NCBI GenBank assembly: GCA_964016885.1
Contig: OZ024743.1
Coordinates: 53,816,001 to 53,880,000 of the forward strand
Origin: Eledone cirrhosa
Taxonomy: Eukaryota
DNA: 64,000 nt
Direction of reading: 5' to 3'
Numbering within the stretch: the first letter of the stretch is position 1; every line of letters begins with the position of its first letter. The position numbers were made by a program, and so were the translations under genes. The notes beneath the pieces were generated by a model. The model worked only from the letters and a program-made list of their open reading frames with translations. It ran no database searches and had not been told where the DNA came from. This document shows positions 15,301 to 25,361 of the stretch, in pieces.

Positions 15301-15795
15301 GAGGCTCTTGCACCCTCCACCCCTATCCGCTAATCCCACACAGTCCCAGCGTGCATCTAAGATCCCGTTCCAGTCGCCCACTAACACTAAAGAGCGCGAC
15401 GTTCCAAGAAAGGTCTCCAGACGCCGGAAGAAATCAGGCCGCCCTGCTCCTGTCGGGGCATAGACGGCCACTAGCCTGAAAGCTTGCCCGTCTCCGCTGG
15501 TCACGTCCAGCACCACCAGCTTACCCTCTGGGTCCAGGAAGATGGCCCGTATGGCGAGATCCAAACCTCTCCGAAAAAGTACAGCAACTCCTCCACCGGA
15601 TCCAGGACGGCTGGGAGATGCGTACACATCGTAGCCGCCGAAGATCGGTGCGAAGGCCCGTGCTTCGGAGATTCTGGTCTCGCTGATGGCCACTACATCT
15701 ATGTTTAGTGACCTGAGGTCGTTGAGCAGGTGACCCTGCTTCCATGACGACCCCAAGCCACGCGCATTTATGCTGCCTATTCTGAGTGAGGTCAT
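12376..15795 (-). CDS. ORF2: AP-like endonuclease + reverse transcriptase + C-terminal zinc-binding motif (Tx1 clade-like), 1139 aa
   Basis: APE motifs SINARGL, ISETR, VYAP, LVGDWN, YLDRVF, TDHK; linker GPGYWKLN; RT motifs PGLDGLP, FRPITLLN, DQSKAFDRVDH, VRQGCPLS, YADD; C-terminal CPRC...ETVLHALVQC. Confidence 0.96.
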   Translation of the reverse strand: MTSLRIGSINARGLGSSWKQGHLLNDLRSLNIDVVAISETRISEARAFAPIFGGYDVYASPSRPGSGGGVAVLFRRGLDLAIRAIFLDPEGKLVVLDVTSGDGQAFRLVAVYAPTGAGRPDFFRRLETFLGTSRSLVLVGDWNGILDARWDCVGLADRGGGCKSLTNLLRRFELSDRYRLDFPNVPMWTWTNRIGSSRSYLDRVFCREIDRSSIGCPQFKIVSYTDHKFVICVLDLDRLHRRGPGYWKLNASLPARKAYRDRISELVKRALTGAIVNNKWWFALKRAIRIESIRFSKALAIEKNRAEGELVTKLDEALSKGIATDVLAAKLALDQFFNAKHEGCVVRARVRALRHEGTKAVQWARVAEARRGNKATIRSLVDHDGRMLLDPGQMCEAFQRHFAQLFGGSGGPGRGMDFSVYLDGLPRLSATEARCCEKPITAAEVREAMSGCTRGKSPGLDGLPYELYVQMPNLFGGLLADVYCNWQQNGRIPSSVSRGAVALLRKDPNKGDNIDNFRPITLLNTEFKILAKVLAKRLALVVGGLVGEAQTCAIPDRSIHDNLHLMRYIVERVAREPGTGGSLINLDQSKAFDRVDHRYLAAVLRAAGFGPVFRGWIAAMHSDICSVVRVNGHLSEPFNIMRSVRQGCPLSSLLYVLTLEPLLHKLETLRGVPRELGCGRSVSAYADDVTVVVSNAKHIEAIGTTLREYEAVTGAMINQEKSVGLQLGTWRGRSMPSNSVVGRWTDGPVKLLGVWFGPDLQTDKNWDEVTSRVASLTQKWAERKLSLKGRAEVANAYIASVICYRLTVVPCPKPRLTALERLLFRFLWKGRAPMVRRSICCQHPLRGGLGMPWLMMRRHALRLRHLHLFLDGDQVWSPFARRVFPQLVSLTELQSWVKRRPRGSAWRLECLQALTALDQSGNVIGGNSTSAFYRGLVEGKSDDVLGETLGVDENQLANLFGRTFGPGPMDNFQKSLAWQCYRGALPVRDKLYRHGGAVSRACPRCAQGDETVLHALVQCPKIADLWVYVEHLLSRLGRIQLSSESIVRIAPPSSFSREGQAVFICLVAMAKEIVWWTRLKGLKTSTYLFGDALIDFFKFHLKRKIRVEKEVLSSQHFVEKWVREARMARVNGPTLSIYL

Positions 15796-15830
15796 GTTTA
15801 AAATAGAGTGGAAAAGATGGGAAAGACCAC

Positions 15831-17963
15831 TTACCGTACTTTTGGTAGAGGAGGGATGGTTTTTACATCCCTTTTCACTTGATCGTCTGGTGAAGGGACC
15901 GTTGAATCGTCCCTTCGGCTGGTCGTCGGCTCTTCTAAGAGAATGTCTGAGTATACTCTTCGATTGATGGTTCCTCCTAGGTTCCTGAAATCACCAACTG
16001 CGTTGGGGAATTTCGTTTTAATATTTGTGTATTGTTTCTGTGCTATTTTTAGCAGTCTTATGTTAGTTGGCGTTTTGATTGGTGCTGGTATTATGTAGTC
16101 CTGTTGTGAAATGTCTGTGTGTTCAATTATGTAAGTCATTAGTTTCTTGTTGTGTGTATTTATTGCCGTGCATTTGTTTTTCTGGGGGTGGGGTGTGGTT
16201 CTGCTATTTTCTTGTCGTTGTTGCTGGGTGTGTGTGTTTTGTTGTTGTGTTTGCGATGTTGGTGCTTGTGGTGGTGGTGTTGAAGGTGTTGTTGCCGGTG
16301 GGGTTGTCGCCGGTGGTGATGGTGGCGCTAGTGTGGGTGGTGATGGTGTTGGTGTTGTTGCTGCTGTGGGTCTCTTTGCAGTAGACTTTACCCTTTTCTC
16401 ATTTCTTTCCTCACTTTTCAAAGGCGACGATGCGCTGCTTCTGCGTTTGTGCCTTCTTACGACCTTTTGCCATCTCTCTCCCACCTCACACTCCATGTCT
16501 GATTCTGTGAGGTCGGGGAGGGGTACCAACTCCACTCTTTCACTTGTTGTTGTTGGTGATGTTTGCACTGGAGTCTCTGTTGCAGCTGCATTTGGTATTG
16601 CTGTTGTTGTTGTTAATATTTCCACTGCTGCTGCTGTTTTTGATTTCCGTGGAGTGGGTATGGGTGCCACGGGCCTATCGTTCCTGGTTGCCGCTTGTCC
16701 TGTTGCTGGTAGCCGTGGAGCCGGATTCGGAAGGAGGGGGGTTTTCTCCTTTCTCAGGGTCTTCTCGTTGCAGAAGGCCCTGAGGTGAGTCTTCGATCCA
16801 CAGCGAAAGCATTTCGGGCGTTTGCCCTCAACACTTATGGGAAGTTGAGTGCCGTTATCGAAGTCTATCACATCCGGGATAGCTTCGATGCACTCCTGGT
16901 TGGTTTGGATTAGCATCTCAATGGAGGAGCCGACCCAATCTTCTCTTACTTTTTTCTGTACTTGCAGTACAGTTGTTTTGTCCTCGATTCCGACGAGGAC
17001 AGACGCGGCCAGCCAAGAAGGGGTCATTCCGGGGGGGACGTGGGTCAGTTTGACCCTCACAATTTTTTGCCCACAGTAGGAGGGCACCAACACCATTTCC
17101 TCGCTCCTTAGGGTCACTACTGATTGGGCCTTTGCCTCCTGGGGTGTGGCAAAAAGTACGTCTACGGTGGCATATTTTTTGCCTCGGGTGATGTGCGTTT
17201 TCCGCTGCCACACAGACCCCAAGGCTTTTTGTATTTGGGCCTCTGTGGCTCTTTCCACCCTACGGGATTTTGTACTTACTGTACGGTACGTGACCGTACA
17301 GTGCTCTTGGGTTTCGAAAAAATTTTTCGCTGCCTTGCAGATTGCTCGGTGTCCGTTCTTTGTCACCATCTTCTTCGCTTCCTCTAATTCCTCATTTGTT
17401 ATGAGGATTGTTTTCAAGTTTTTCGCAATACCTGCAAATGAGATTGGTTTTTCTCTGCTGTTGTTGTTGTCGTCAGAGCTGCTGGTACTTTTGTTGTTGC
17501 TGCAGGTACTACGACTACTGCCTCCGCCGCTGTTGCTGTGGTTGTTGTTGGTGTTGCTGCTGCTAATGCTGTTGTTGTTTATGCTGCTGGTGATGCTGTT
17601 GCGGCTGCTACTGTTGTTTTCATTGTCACTGTTGCTGTTGTTATTACGGCTGCTACTGCTATTATTCCTGACGTCAGACGAATGAACTGGGTTTTCGTAT
17701 TTCCCGCACACCTGTTTCGTCGCTGTCGTCGTCGTCGTGGAGAAACCTTGCACGCTTTGCACGAGACTTTTCTTTTCTTTCGTCGCTTGCGAAAGAGAAG
17801 GGAGGGAGAGAGACACATTTAAAGAAGGGAGGGAGAGAGACAATCTTCTCTCTGCTGTAGTGATGATTGAGGAAGAAGAAGACGGAATGAGTGGGAGTGA
17901 CGTATGAAATTTCTTTTTCGTAGCCATGTTGTTTTTTTGTTTAAAATGAAATTTTGGGTACAA
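15831..17963 (-). CDS. ORF1: gag-like nucleic-acid-binding protein with one CCHC zinc knuckle, 710 aa
   Basis: CFRCGSKTHLRAFC (C-x2-C-x4-H-x4-C); RRM-like segment upstream (YATVDVLF, VRVKLTHVPP); Ser/Asn-rich and Pro/Thr-rich low-complexity flanks; lies upstream of ORF2. Confidence 0.9.
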   Translation of the reverse strand: MYPKFHFKQKNNMATKKKFHTSLPLIPSSSSSIITTAERRLSLSLPSLNVSLSLPSLSQATKEKKSLVQSVQGFSTTTTTATKQVCGKYENPVHSSDVRNNSSSSRNNNSNSDNENNSSSRNSITSSINNNSISSSNTNNNHSNSGGGSSRSTCSNNKSTSSSDDNNNSREKPISFAGIAKNLKTILITNEELEEAKKMVTKNGHRAICKAAKNFFETQEHCTVTYRTVSTKSRRVERATEAQIQKALGSVWQRKTHITRGKKYATVDVLFATPQEAKAQSVVTLRSEEMVLVPSYCGQKIVRVKLTHVPPGMTPSWLAASVLVGIEDKTTVLQVQKKVREDWVGSSIEMLIQTNQECIEAIPDVIDFDNGTQLPISVEGKRPKCFRCGSKTHLRAFCNEKTLRKEKTPLLPNPAPRLPATGQAATRNDRPVAPIPTPRKSKTAAAVEILTTTTAIPNAAATETPVQTSPTTTSERVELVPLPDLTESDMECEVGERWQKVVRRHKRRSSASSPLKSEERNEKRVKSTAKRPTAATTPTPSPPTLAPPSPPATTPPATTPSTPPPQAPTSQTQQQNTHTQQQRQENSRTTPHPQKNKCTAINTHNKKLMTYIIEHTDISQQDYIIPAPIKTPTNIRLLKIAQKQYTNIKTKFPNAVGDFRNLGGTINRRVYSDILLEEPTTSRRDDSTVPSPDDQVKRDVKTIPPLPKVR

Positions 17964-18143
17964 AACCCCAATAACTGGTTATTTAACCCCGAAGGGCCAA
18001 ATAACGGACAGAAAGACCCCTCTCACGAGGAGGAGGGTGTCTTTATCAACAATTTGGTTCAAGTTTTAAACAATTTACAATTGTTTTAACGGTTAAAAAT
18101 TACTATACCTTACAGAGCCGAGCCTCCGTCAACCATGGCATTC

Positions 18144-18178
<35 letters not shown>

Positions 18179-18185
18179 TAATGAT
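18144..18185. repeat. 42-bp direct repeat (putative target-site duplication), right copy
   Basis: Identical to 12074-12115. Confidence 0.8.
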
Positions 18186-18189
18186 AAAA

Positions 18190-18455
18190 CTGTTGGTGGA
18201 AGAGGACTGATAAGTGTTATAGATTGTATCAAGAATAAGTGGCGAGTTATTAATTGCCACCTGATAAATAGAAACAAAAAAACTTCTACAGTGCCTCAAC
18301 AGTGATTAACTTAAACATTGTAAAAGATAGAGTGTAAGAGACGAGTCTCTACGGAGAAAAGAGAAGCAGTAGCTAGACATTGCATGATCAATTTGAACGA
18401 CAAACGTCTGAAATAAAGACTGAAAGATCTTGGGAGTGGTTTTCCCGCAGGGATC
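18190..18455 (+). mobile_element. R4/Dong-clade non-LTR retrotransposon fragment (post-RT region), degraded
   Basis: Translates to VGGRGLISVIDCIKNK and LHDQFERQTSEIKTERSWEW, matching R4/Dong motifs GGRGL and LHGQF....SW.WL. Confidence 0.7.
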
Positions 18456-18814
18456 AAATCTATATTATAATAAGAGCGTTGTTTATCTGTCCGTCCGTTC
18501 GCCCGTCTCTTCGTCCGTCATTCGCACTTTATATAGATAGAGAGAGAAAAGAGAACGCCGTGTGTTTTTCGAGGTGACAGAAAGAGGTAGATAGACAGAA
18601 AGTTATGACCTTCATCCTCATCTATACAGAGGGAGGGTGGTGGCGGCAAGCGAGAGGTGTGTACATATATATATAGAGAAAAGCAACGTCATTTGTTTAG
18701 AGAGAGATTGTGTGTGTGTGTGAAAAAGAGAGAGAAGACGTCGCCCTCGTCTAGTATTAATAATAATACCAACATTATAAAATACCAACAGAATAAAAGT
18801 CGTTTAAACATACA

Positions 18815-18997
18815 AGACATTAAGAAAGAAAAGGAAGCTGTAACAAGGGTGCTGGACACTTTCACTTTGAAGGATTCCCATGGGGCCTTCACGAAGTGGT
18901 TGGAACACTACAACAAAAGATTAGAGTTTGGTACTTCTTTGAAATTAATAAAGGTATCTCTCGAAGCAGTCTCAAAACTTTCTAAATGCACCTTGTA
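18815..18997 (+). mobile_element. mariner transposon 3' fragment with right TIR
   Basis: EAVTRVLDTFTLKDSHGAFTKWLEHYNK resembles a mariner C-terminus; GTCTCAAAACTTTCTAAATGCACCTTGTA is approximately the reverse complement of the TIR at 22412. Confidence 0.7.
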
Positions 18998-19019
18998 CAC
19001 AAAAGAAGGTGTCAGAGAA

Positions 19020-19362
19020 TGATAAAGCAACCATTTCCTGGGATATGTCAATAGACACAGACAACCAACGCAATGTTATAGTCAAAGACCGTAAACAAAA
19101 CATATCTTCTAACTGATGTATCAATCCCTACAGACGACAATATATCTACCAAGGAAATGGAGAAACTATCCAAATATATAGATCTAGAGATAAAAATAAC
19201 CTGATGAAACAGAAACCATTTCTATAATAAGTGCAATGGGAATGATAAAAAACATACGGACAGATACATAACCAAAATCCTAGGACTTACAAATATATAC
19301 AATATACAAAAGCAGCCCCACCTATTACACACCTATTACGAAGAATACTCTTAATTCAATAG
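19020..19362 (+). mobile_element. R4/Dong-clade restriction-like endonuclease C-terminal fragment, degraded
   Basis: Frameshifted translation ATISWDMSIDTD...IVKD...DVSIPTDDNISTKEMEKLSKYIDLEIKI...AMGMIK...NIQKAA...LLRRIL fits the RLE domain of R4/Dong. Confidence 0.75.
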
Positions 19363-20102
19363 AAACAACACTACAAAAAAATCTCACACTGTACATAATC
19401 AAGACGCACAGAGCTGCTCTCTGTAATAGAGTCGATACGCAATAAAAATAAGATTAGTAATCTAAACTATAATAAAGTAAGGACTGCAGGACTGCGTACG
19501 GTTTATTCTTTTAATCCAGTTAGTAAAATAAGTTGGATTACTTTGAATAAATAATGAATGACTATTATATAATTTATGTACTAAATTTCGTAATAATTTA
19601 AAATTGACTTCTTTTCAAAGTTTCATTCACATTTCTACACGGTATATCGTCGCCACCACCACCAGCACCACTTCAACTACCATATATATTGAAAGAGAGA
19701 GTGTGTGATGAGAGAGATAGAGAGATTATGATTTTCTACACGCTGACGCGTATGAGTGTGCACACACATACATCTATATGTATGAGTATATAACTATTAT
19801 GAATATATAACTATAATGGCTCAAAACACAAACTTATAAAAATACACGCTCACGGACAGGACATGCATTCACACAAATACACATACATTCACACATACTT
19901 TCACACAAACATACATACATTCACACATATACATTTACACTAATACACACATACAGTCATGATAGTTCGGTGAATTGGAAATGGGAGGGTAAAACAAGTA
20001 TAACGTTTTATTTATTCATTAACTCTTTATTTATTTATTAACTCTTTTTTTAAAAACTCATTTAATATAATGGTTACAGAACGAAAACACTAACAAATAC
20101 TA

Positions 20103-20480
20103 TTGTTTTTACTTTTGGCACAAGGTCAACAATTATTCCAGTGTATTACTGGTACTTTACTTTATCGACCCCGTAAGGGTGTAAGGCAAAGTTAACCTCG
20201 GTGGGATTTGAACTCAGATCGTAAAAGGCCGTAACTCTATACTGCAAAACATGGCATCCGACCCTGTACCGATACTGCCAATCCACCACCCTTTTAATAA
20301 TTGTTTCTACCTTTGGCACAAGGCTAGCAATTACCCAGTACATTACTGGTACTTTATTTTATCGACCCCGTAAGGATGAAAGGCAAAGTTAAACTTGACG
20401 GGATTTGAACTAGACCGTAAAGGGACGTAACTATGCTGGAAAGCATGGCATCCGACCCTCTACCGATACTGCCAATTCAA
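20103..20480 (-). mobile_element. Two tandem full-length tRNA-derived SINEs (~185 bp each)
   Basis: Reverse complement shows A-box TGGCAGTATCGG, B-box GAGTTCAAATCC and core GCCTTTCATCCTTACGGGGTCGATAAAATAAAGTACCAG twice. Confidence 0.85.
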
Positions 20481-20649
20481 TATAATATATACAAAGGAAA
20501 GGGAAAGGAAAAAAAGAAAGAGAAATACGCAAGCACCTAATACACACATCTTAGACCACATAGACCAAAATGCAGGCGAAAGAGTAAAGAAAACGAGCCG
20601 CTACCAGAGCAAAAGATAGCAATATAGCGAGGAGCACTGGGAAACCTCT

Positions 20650-21090
20650 CTAATAATTTTTTAGGCAAGCCAACACGTTCGCAGCGTTACCTGGGACGAT
20701 GGCGACGCTGAGGCGCTGGAACAACCAAGTGCCCTCACAAGTATCACCAGTTACCTCTGTTTGGCGAGCCGCCAATGAAGATAAGAACCTCGCTGTCAGT
20801 AGCTCGACTCCCCCAAATGTCTCGAACGCCACAGGCTGGATAATGTAGTTAGCTGACAGAACACGGTATTTTAGGATTTTGTTCCGTTCAGCTGTTGATG
20901 CTATAGCTCTCGCCCTTACCTCTGCATCCAGAATGTGTGAAGAAGCAAAAGAGTCACTAACTGTGACGTCCCAGGTAAGGCACCTGCCTCTTGACCAGGA
21001 ACACAGAGTAAGACCGTAAAGTCTTTTCCCATCAATTCAGGACAACCCAGACGGTTCCAAAATTGAGGGGATGTTTGCACCCACGACCCT
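20650..21090 (-). mobile_element. CRE-clade non-LTR retrotransposon 3' fragment (restriction-like endonuclease)
   Basis: IPSILEPSGLS*IDGKRLYGLTLCSWSRGRCLTWDVTVSD...KYRVLSANYIIQPVAFETFG...WLFQRLSVAIVPGNAANVL matches CRE RLE pattern EP.GL.R.DGKRPDG...W..G..L.WD.T...QRLS.A.QRGNA. Confidence 0.8.
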
Positions 21091-21249
21091 TTCAGAAAAA
21101 AGTGGGTGAAGAAGATATTGTCAATTTACTTTTCAATTTACTGTGCCCTCTAAGACATTACTTCAATATTTGCGTATAATACCAATATGCATACTACACA
21201 TGCTAGCAGAAAACCGCCCGAACGGCGGTTTTTCTGCTAGTAGTAATAA

Positions 21250-21465
21250 TGGTTTCTAAATTAGACACAAGGCCAACACTTTTTGGGAATGGCAAATTCG
21301 ATAAAATCGACCCCAGTGCGTTACTAGTACTGTATTTTATCGACCCCGTAAGGATGAATGGCAAATTTGACTTCAATAGGGTTTGAAACTAGAACGTAAA
21401 GAGCTGTGACGAATTACTGCAATGTCTTTCATCCGACACACAAGCGATTCTGCCAAGCCATCGCT
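21250..21465 (-). mobile_element. tRNA-derived SINE, older copy
   Basis: TTTTATCGACCCCGTAAGGATGAA.GGCAAA core in reverse orientation. Confidence 0.75.
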
Positions 21466-22215
21466 CTATAGAAGCTTAAATTATATTACTAAATACCTAA
21501 CAATTCTTGATTATGTTCAAAATAATTTTGAAAATTATAAGTAGTGTTTTCATTAAAAATATGGTAACGAAAGTGTTAAAGTACTAATTAGAAGTATATT
21601 ACAACACAGCTGTTTCACTTTATGCTTCTCTAATTACAGCATCGAACCGAAACGGCAATCAAATATATCACTTATATTCATGTCAAGAAATGCCCACGTC
21701 TCATACGAGACAAACTTGCCGGTACAATCTACAAACTAAACAGTTCCCTATTGATATAGTTTTTATCGTTTATTCAACCAACTATACATAAATGAAAGGC
21801 TGTTACCCAATTATGCACGATCCCACTGTACGAAATCTTGGGCAATTAACTATAACACAGCCTTGTGAGTGAAATTGGATAGACAAAACCTGCATAGAAG
21901 CTATGAAATGTATTGTACCTGTAATTATAAGGGGACAACATTGTCACACTGTATCAAACACATACACACACACATAAAGACCCTCTTCAGTGATGAATGA
22001 CTATGGGATTTGCACCTGGAAAGCTTCCCTTCTGAGACACAAGTCCGGGCAAGGTTGTTTTGAAGAAAACCAGCAGTCGCTCTTGTCCAAGAAAAAGTCA
22101 AAGGTTAATCAATAGAGCTTGGCACCAGTCACGTTGCAACTCGTTTCAACATCTGGGTGAACTGGAGTAACGTGAAATAACATGTCTTGTTCATCCAGAG
22201 AGGACTCGATAAGGG

Positions 22216-22273
<58 letters not shown>

Positions 22274-22411
22274 AAACGAGTTGCAGCGTCACTGATGCCA
22301 AGCTTTATCGATTGACCTTTGACTTTTCCTTGGACAAGAGCGACTGTGTGTGTGTATAAGTATATATAAACCAATGGAGCAAATATTTATTATTAGCACA
22401 GATTAACAGTT

Positions 22412-23195
22412 TACGATGTACATTCAAGAAGTTTTGAGGCTTTTATCAGAGAGATATATATTTAACTCAGATCAATACAAAACTCTAATCTCCCTCAAAG
22501 TAGCATCCTCCAACTTCAACGCATTTGTAACACTCCAGCCACTGGAATGCGCCCTTGTAGTCCTCTAAAGTGAAGATGTTCAAGGTGCTTGTCACAGCCT
22601 CCTTCATCTCCTCTACATCCTGAAAGCAGATACCCCTGAGCCTTTCCTTCAGAAGTCGCATGGGCCTAAGTTTGGATTATAGGGAGGATGATCGACCCCC
22701 AAGTAGTTGGTCACCAATATGGATTTGTGGAAGGGGGAATTGCCACTGACCAGACTTGAAAAGTTCTGGACTCTTGCGACAAAATCTTTTTGTGAACTGC
22801 CTCAAAACCTCTACATAGAACTCTTTGTTGACAGTCTGGCCGTGGATGATCCAGTGGATGTAGATGATGTCCATGCTGTCCAAGAATGGGATCATCATGA
22901 ACTTACCAGATTCCTGCTTTGCCTGGCGTTCTTGGGTCTTCGGGTGTCAAAATGTATTCACTGGGCACTGGACCATAACAGAAGACCCAGCTCTCGTCAC
23001 AGGTCACCGGAGACTCATAGACACTTGGATTCGAAGCGACCCACTCGACCATTCCCTGCTGTCATCAACACGCCTAGGCTTTTGATCTACATTTAACTCC
23101 CTGAGAATAAACTTTGCACAAACTTTGCGCATGTTCAATTTGTTTAGCAATACACTGAAGAGATGCACGATGGTCCTCGTCCAGAAATTTGCGAA
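22412..23195 (-). mobile_element. mariner (DD34D-type) transposon remnant with one TIR
   Basis: Minus-strand VTCDESWVFCY (first catalytic Asp motif) and KFMMIPFLDSMDIIYIHW..GQTVNKEFYVEVL; TIR TACGATGTACATTCAAGAAGTTTTGAG starting with TA. Confidence 0.82.
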
Positions 23196-23502
23196 TTTTC
23201 CGACCAGCTTTGGCGTTCTGATGTCCCCCTCCCTGCCATTTCTCTAGTCGTCCCTCTACCCCTACCCCCACCCATACTACTTCCTTCACCTGAACCCTTG
23301 CCTGTATAGATACGCTTACCATTATCTGCCCCTCCCCGACTTACTTTTCCCATCAGACCAGTTTACAACTAAGATAAACTCAAGCGAAGCAGTGGCAAAA
23401 TCTGTGACCTATTTTTTCACATCCTACAAATAGGACTACACCTATGATAAGGCTTGCTGAACACACAAGCTGAAACTGCTTGGCACCGTGGTCGGGATTG
23501 TA

Positions 23503-23595
<93 letters not shown>

Positions 23596-23622
23596 CATAT
23601 ATATATATATATATATATATAT

Positions 23623-23760
<138 letters not shown>

Positions 23761-23784
23761 ACATATATATATATATATATATAT

Positions 23785-23908
<124 letters not shown>

Positions 23909-23942
23909 GGAGAGAGAGAATAAGAATTGCATTTTTTATTTT

Positions 23943-24109
23943 AAACTTTATTTCATATTACAATTGTTTCTATGTGGATCAGCTCGGGATTGATCAGTCG
24001 TTCAGATCCCGACGCTTAATCGACGCTACATCTGATAAGGGATTTTACATGGGTTTTATCAAACCCGAGCTGATCGATATAGAAACAATTGTAATATGAA
24101 ATAAAGTTT
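23943..24109. mobile_element. Fold-back short element with degenerate hammerhead (CTGATAA 24032 ... GAAACAATTGTA 24082-24093, AATAAA)
   Basis: Arms 23943-23995 and 24058-24109 are reverse complements; related 3' half at 33893-33931. Confidence 0.6.
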
Positions 24110-24265
24110 CACAGAAAGCTGCAATTCTCATTGTCACTTTATATATACACTGCAAACTACAACCCCCTTAAACTTGGAGCACAACCTAATGAGAGACGGA
24201 CCTTGTAACACCATTGAGTGCTTCGACCACCCTCACCCTTAGTACCCTCAGGTTACTCACATGAT

Positions 24266-24327
<62 letters not shown>

Positions 24328-24342
24328 TGTGTGTATGTCTGT

Positions 24343-24383
<41 letters not shown>

Positions 24384-24417
24384 TGTGTGTGTGTACACAC
24401 ACACAGACACACACACG

Positions 24418-24480
<63 letters not shown>

Positions 24481-24524
24481 GAGAGGTATAGAGATTGTTT
24501 AGCAAGAAGCTAACGACATTCTAT

Positions 24525-24555
<31 letters not shown>

Positions 24556-24562
<7 letters not shown>

Positions 24563-24831
24563 GTATATATTCAGTTAAAAACTCAAAATAGTCTCTTGCA
24601 ATTAAATAGCTCAAGGAAAGAGATTTTTCCGAGCCGTATATTATAATTGAATATAAAAGAGAAATAAACACAGATATATACACATATGAGTTCAAATCGT
24701 AAGGGACCAGCATCGCTAGGCTGAAAAAAATACCAACTATAACCAATAGGGTTTGCCAGACTCAATTTAAAAGAATAAATCAAGAAAATAAATACAAACC
24801 GGTATGGGATAACTACCAAACACCCAGACAG
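24556..24831 (-). mobile_element. (TA)n-flanked short element, homologous to 61392-61665 (region downstream of hammerhead)
   Basis: Clear reverse-complement similarity, also visible in the ORF track (24510..24746 versus 61476..61781); TA repeats on both sides. Confidence 0.8.
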
Positions 24832-24897
24832 TATATATTATATATATATTATTTATATATTATATAGATATAGATATATATAATATATATATATATT

Positions 24898-25011
<114 letters not shown>

Positions 25012-25361
25012 ATATATATATATATATATATATATAACACAAGGACGATTTGTTAAGCCTTCATAAACGTAATGAAGGCTTAAGAAATCGTCCTTGTATT
25101 ATTATATCATACTCTGTCTAGCTCTACACCTCGCCACTGACGTGAACCTAACCTCGAGTGCTCACCTGGGTGAATCTACAGTAACTTACCGTTACACTCC
25201 CTGGATATATACATATATATATTTAACTGTTGGTCAATCAATGATAAATATTGATTGCCAACTAAATTAACTACAGGGATATAAAATATACGGACGTGAG
25301 TGTGTTTAATTACATATTTCTGGCTATATTATAACAACATGACCTTCCCCAAATATAATAT

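Larger units (their letters stand above)
12113..18143 (-). mobile_element. Full-length Tx1/L1-group non-LTR retrotransposon, copy B (intact, potentially active)
   Basis: ~180-bp 5'UTR, ORF1, 35-bp spacer, ORF2, ~260-bp 3'UTR with AATAAA (plus-strand TTTATT at 12119-12124); flanked by identical 42-bp direct repeats. Confidence 0.96.

Noticed and set aside
6255-18089. Plus-strand ORFs of 60-213 aa conserved in both LINE copies
   Set aside because: Antisense shadows of GC-rich ORF1/ORF2; conservation is explained by the near-identity of the copies
21203-21240. Rho-independent terminator
   Set aside because: Eukaryotic context with no upstream bacterial gene
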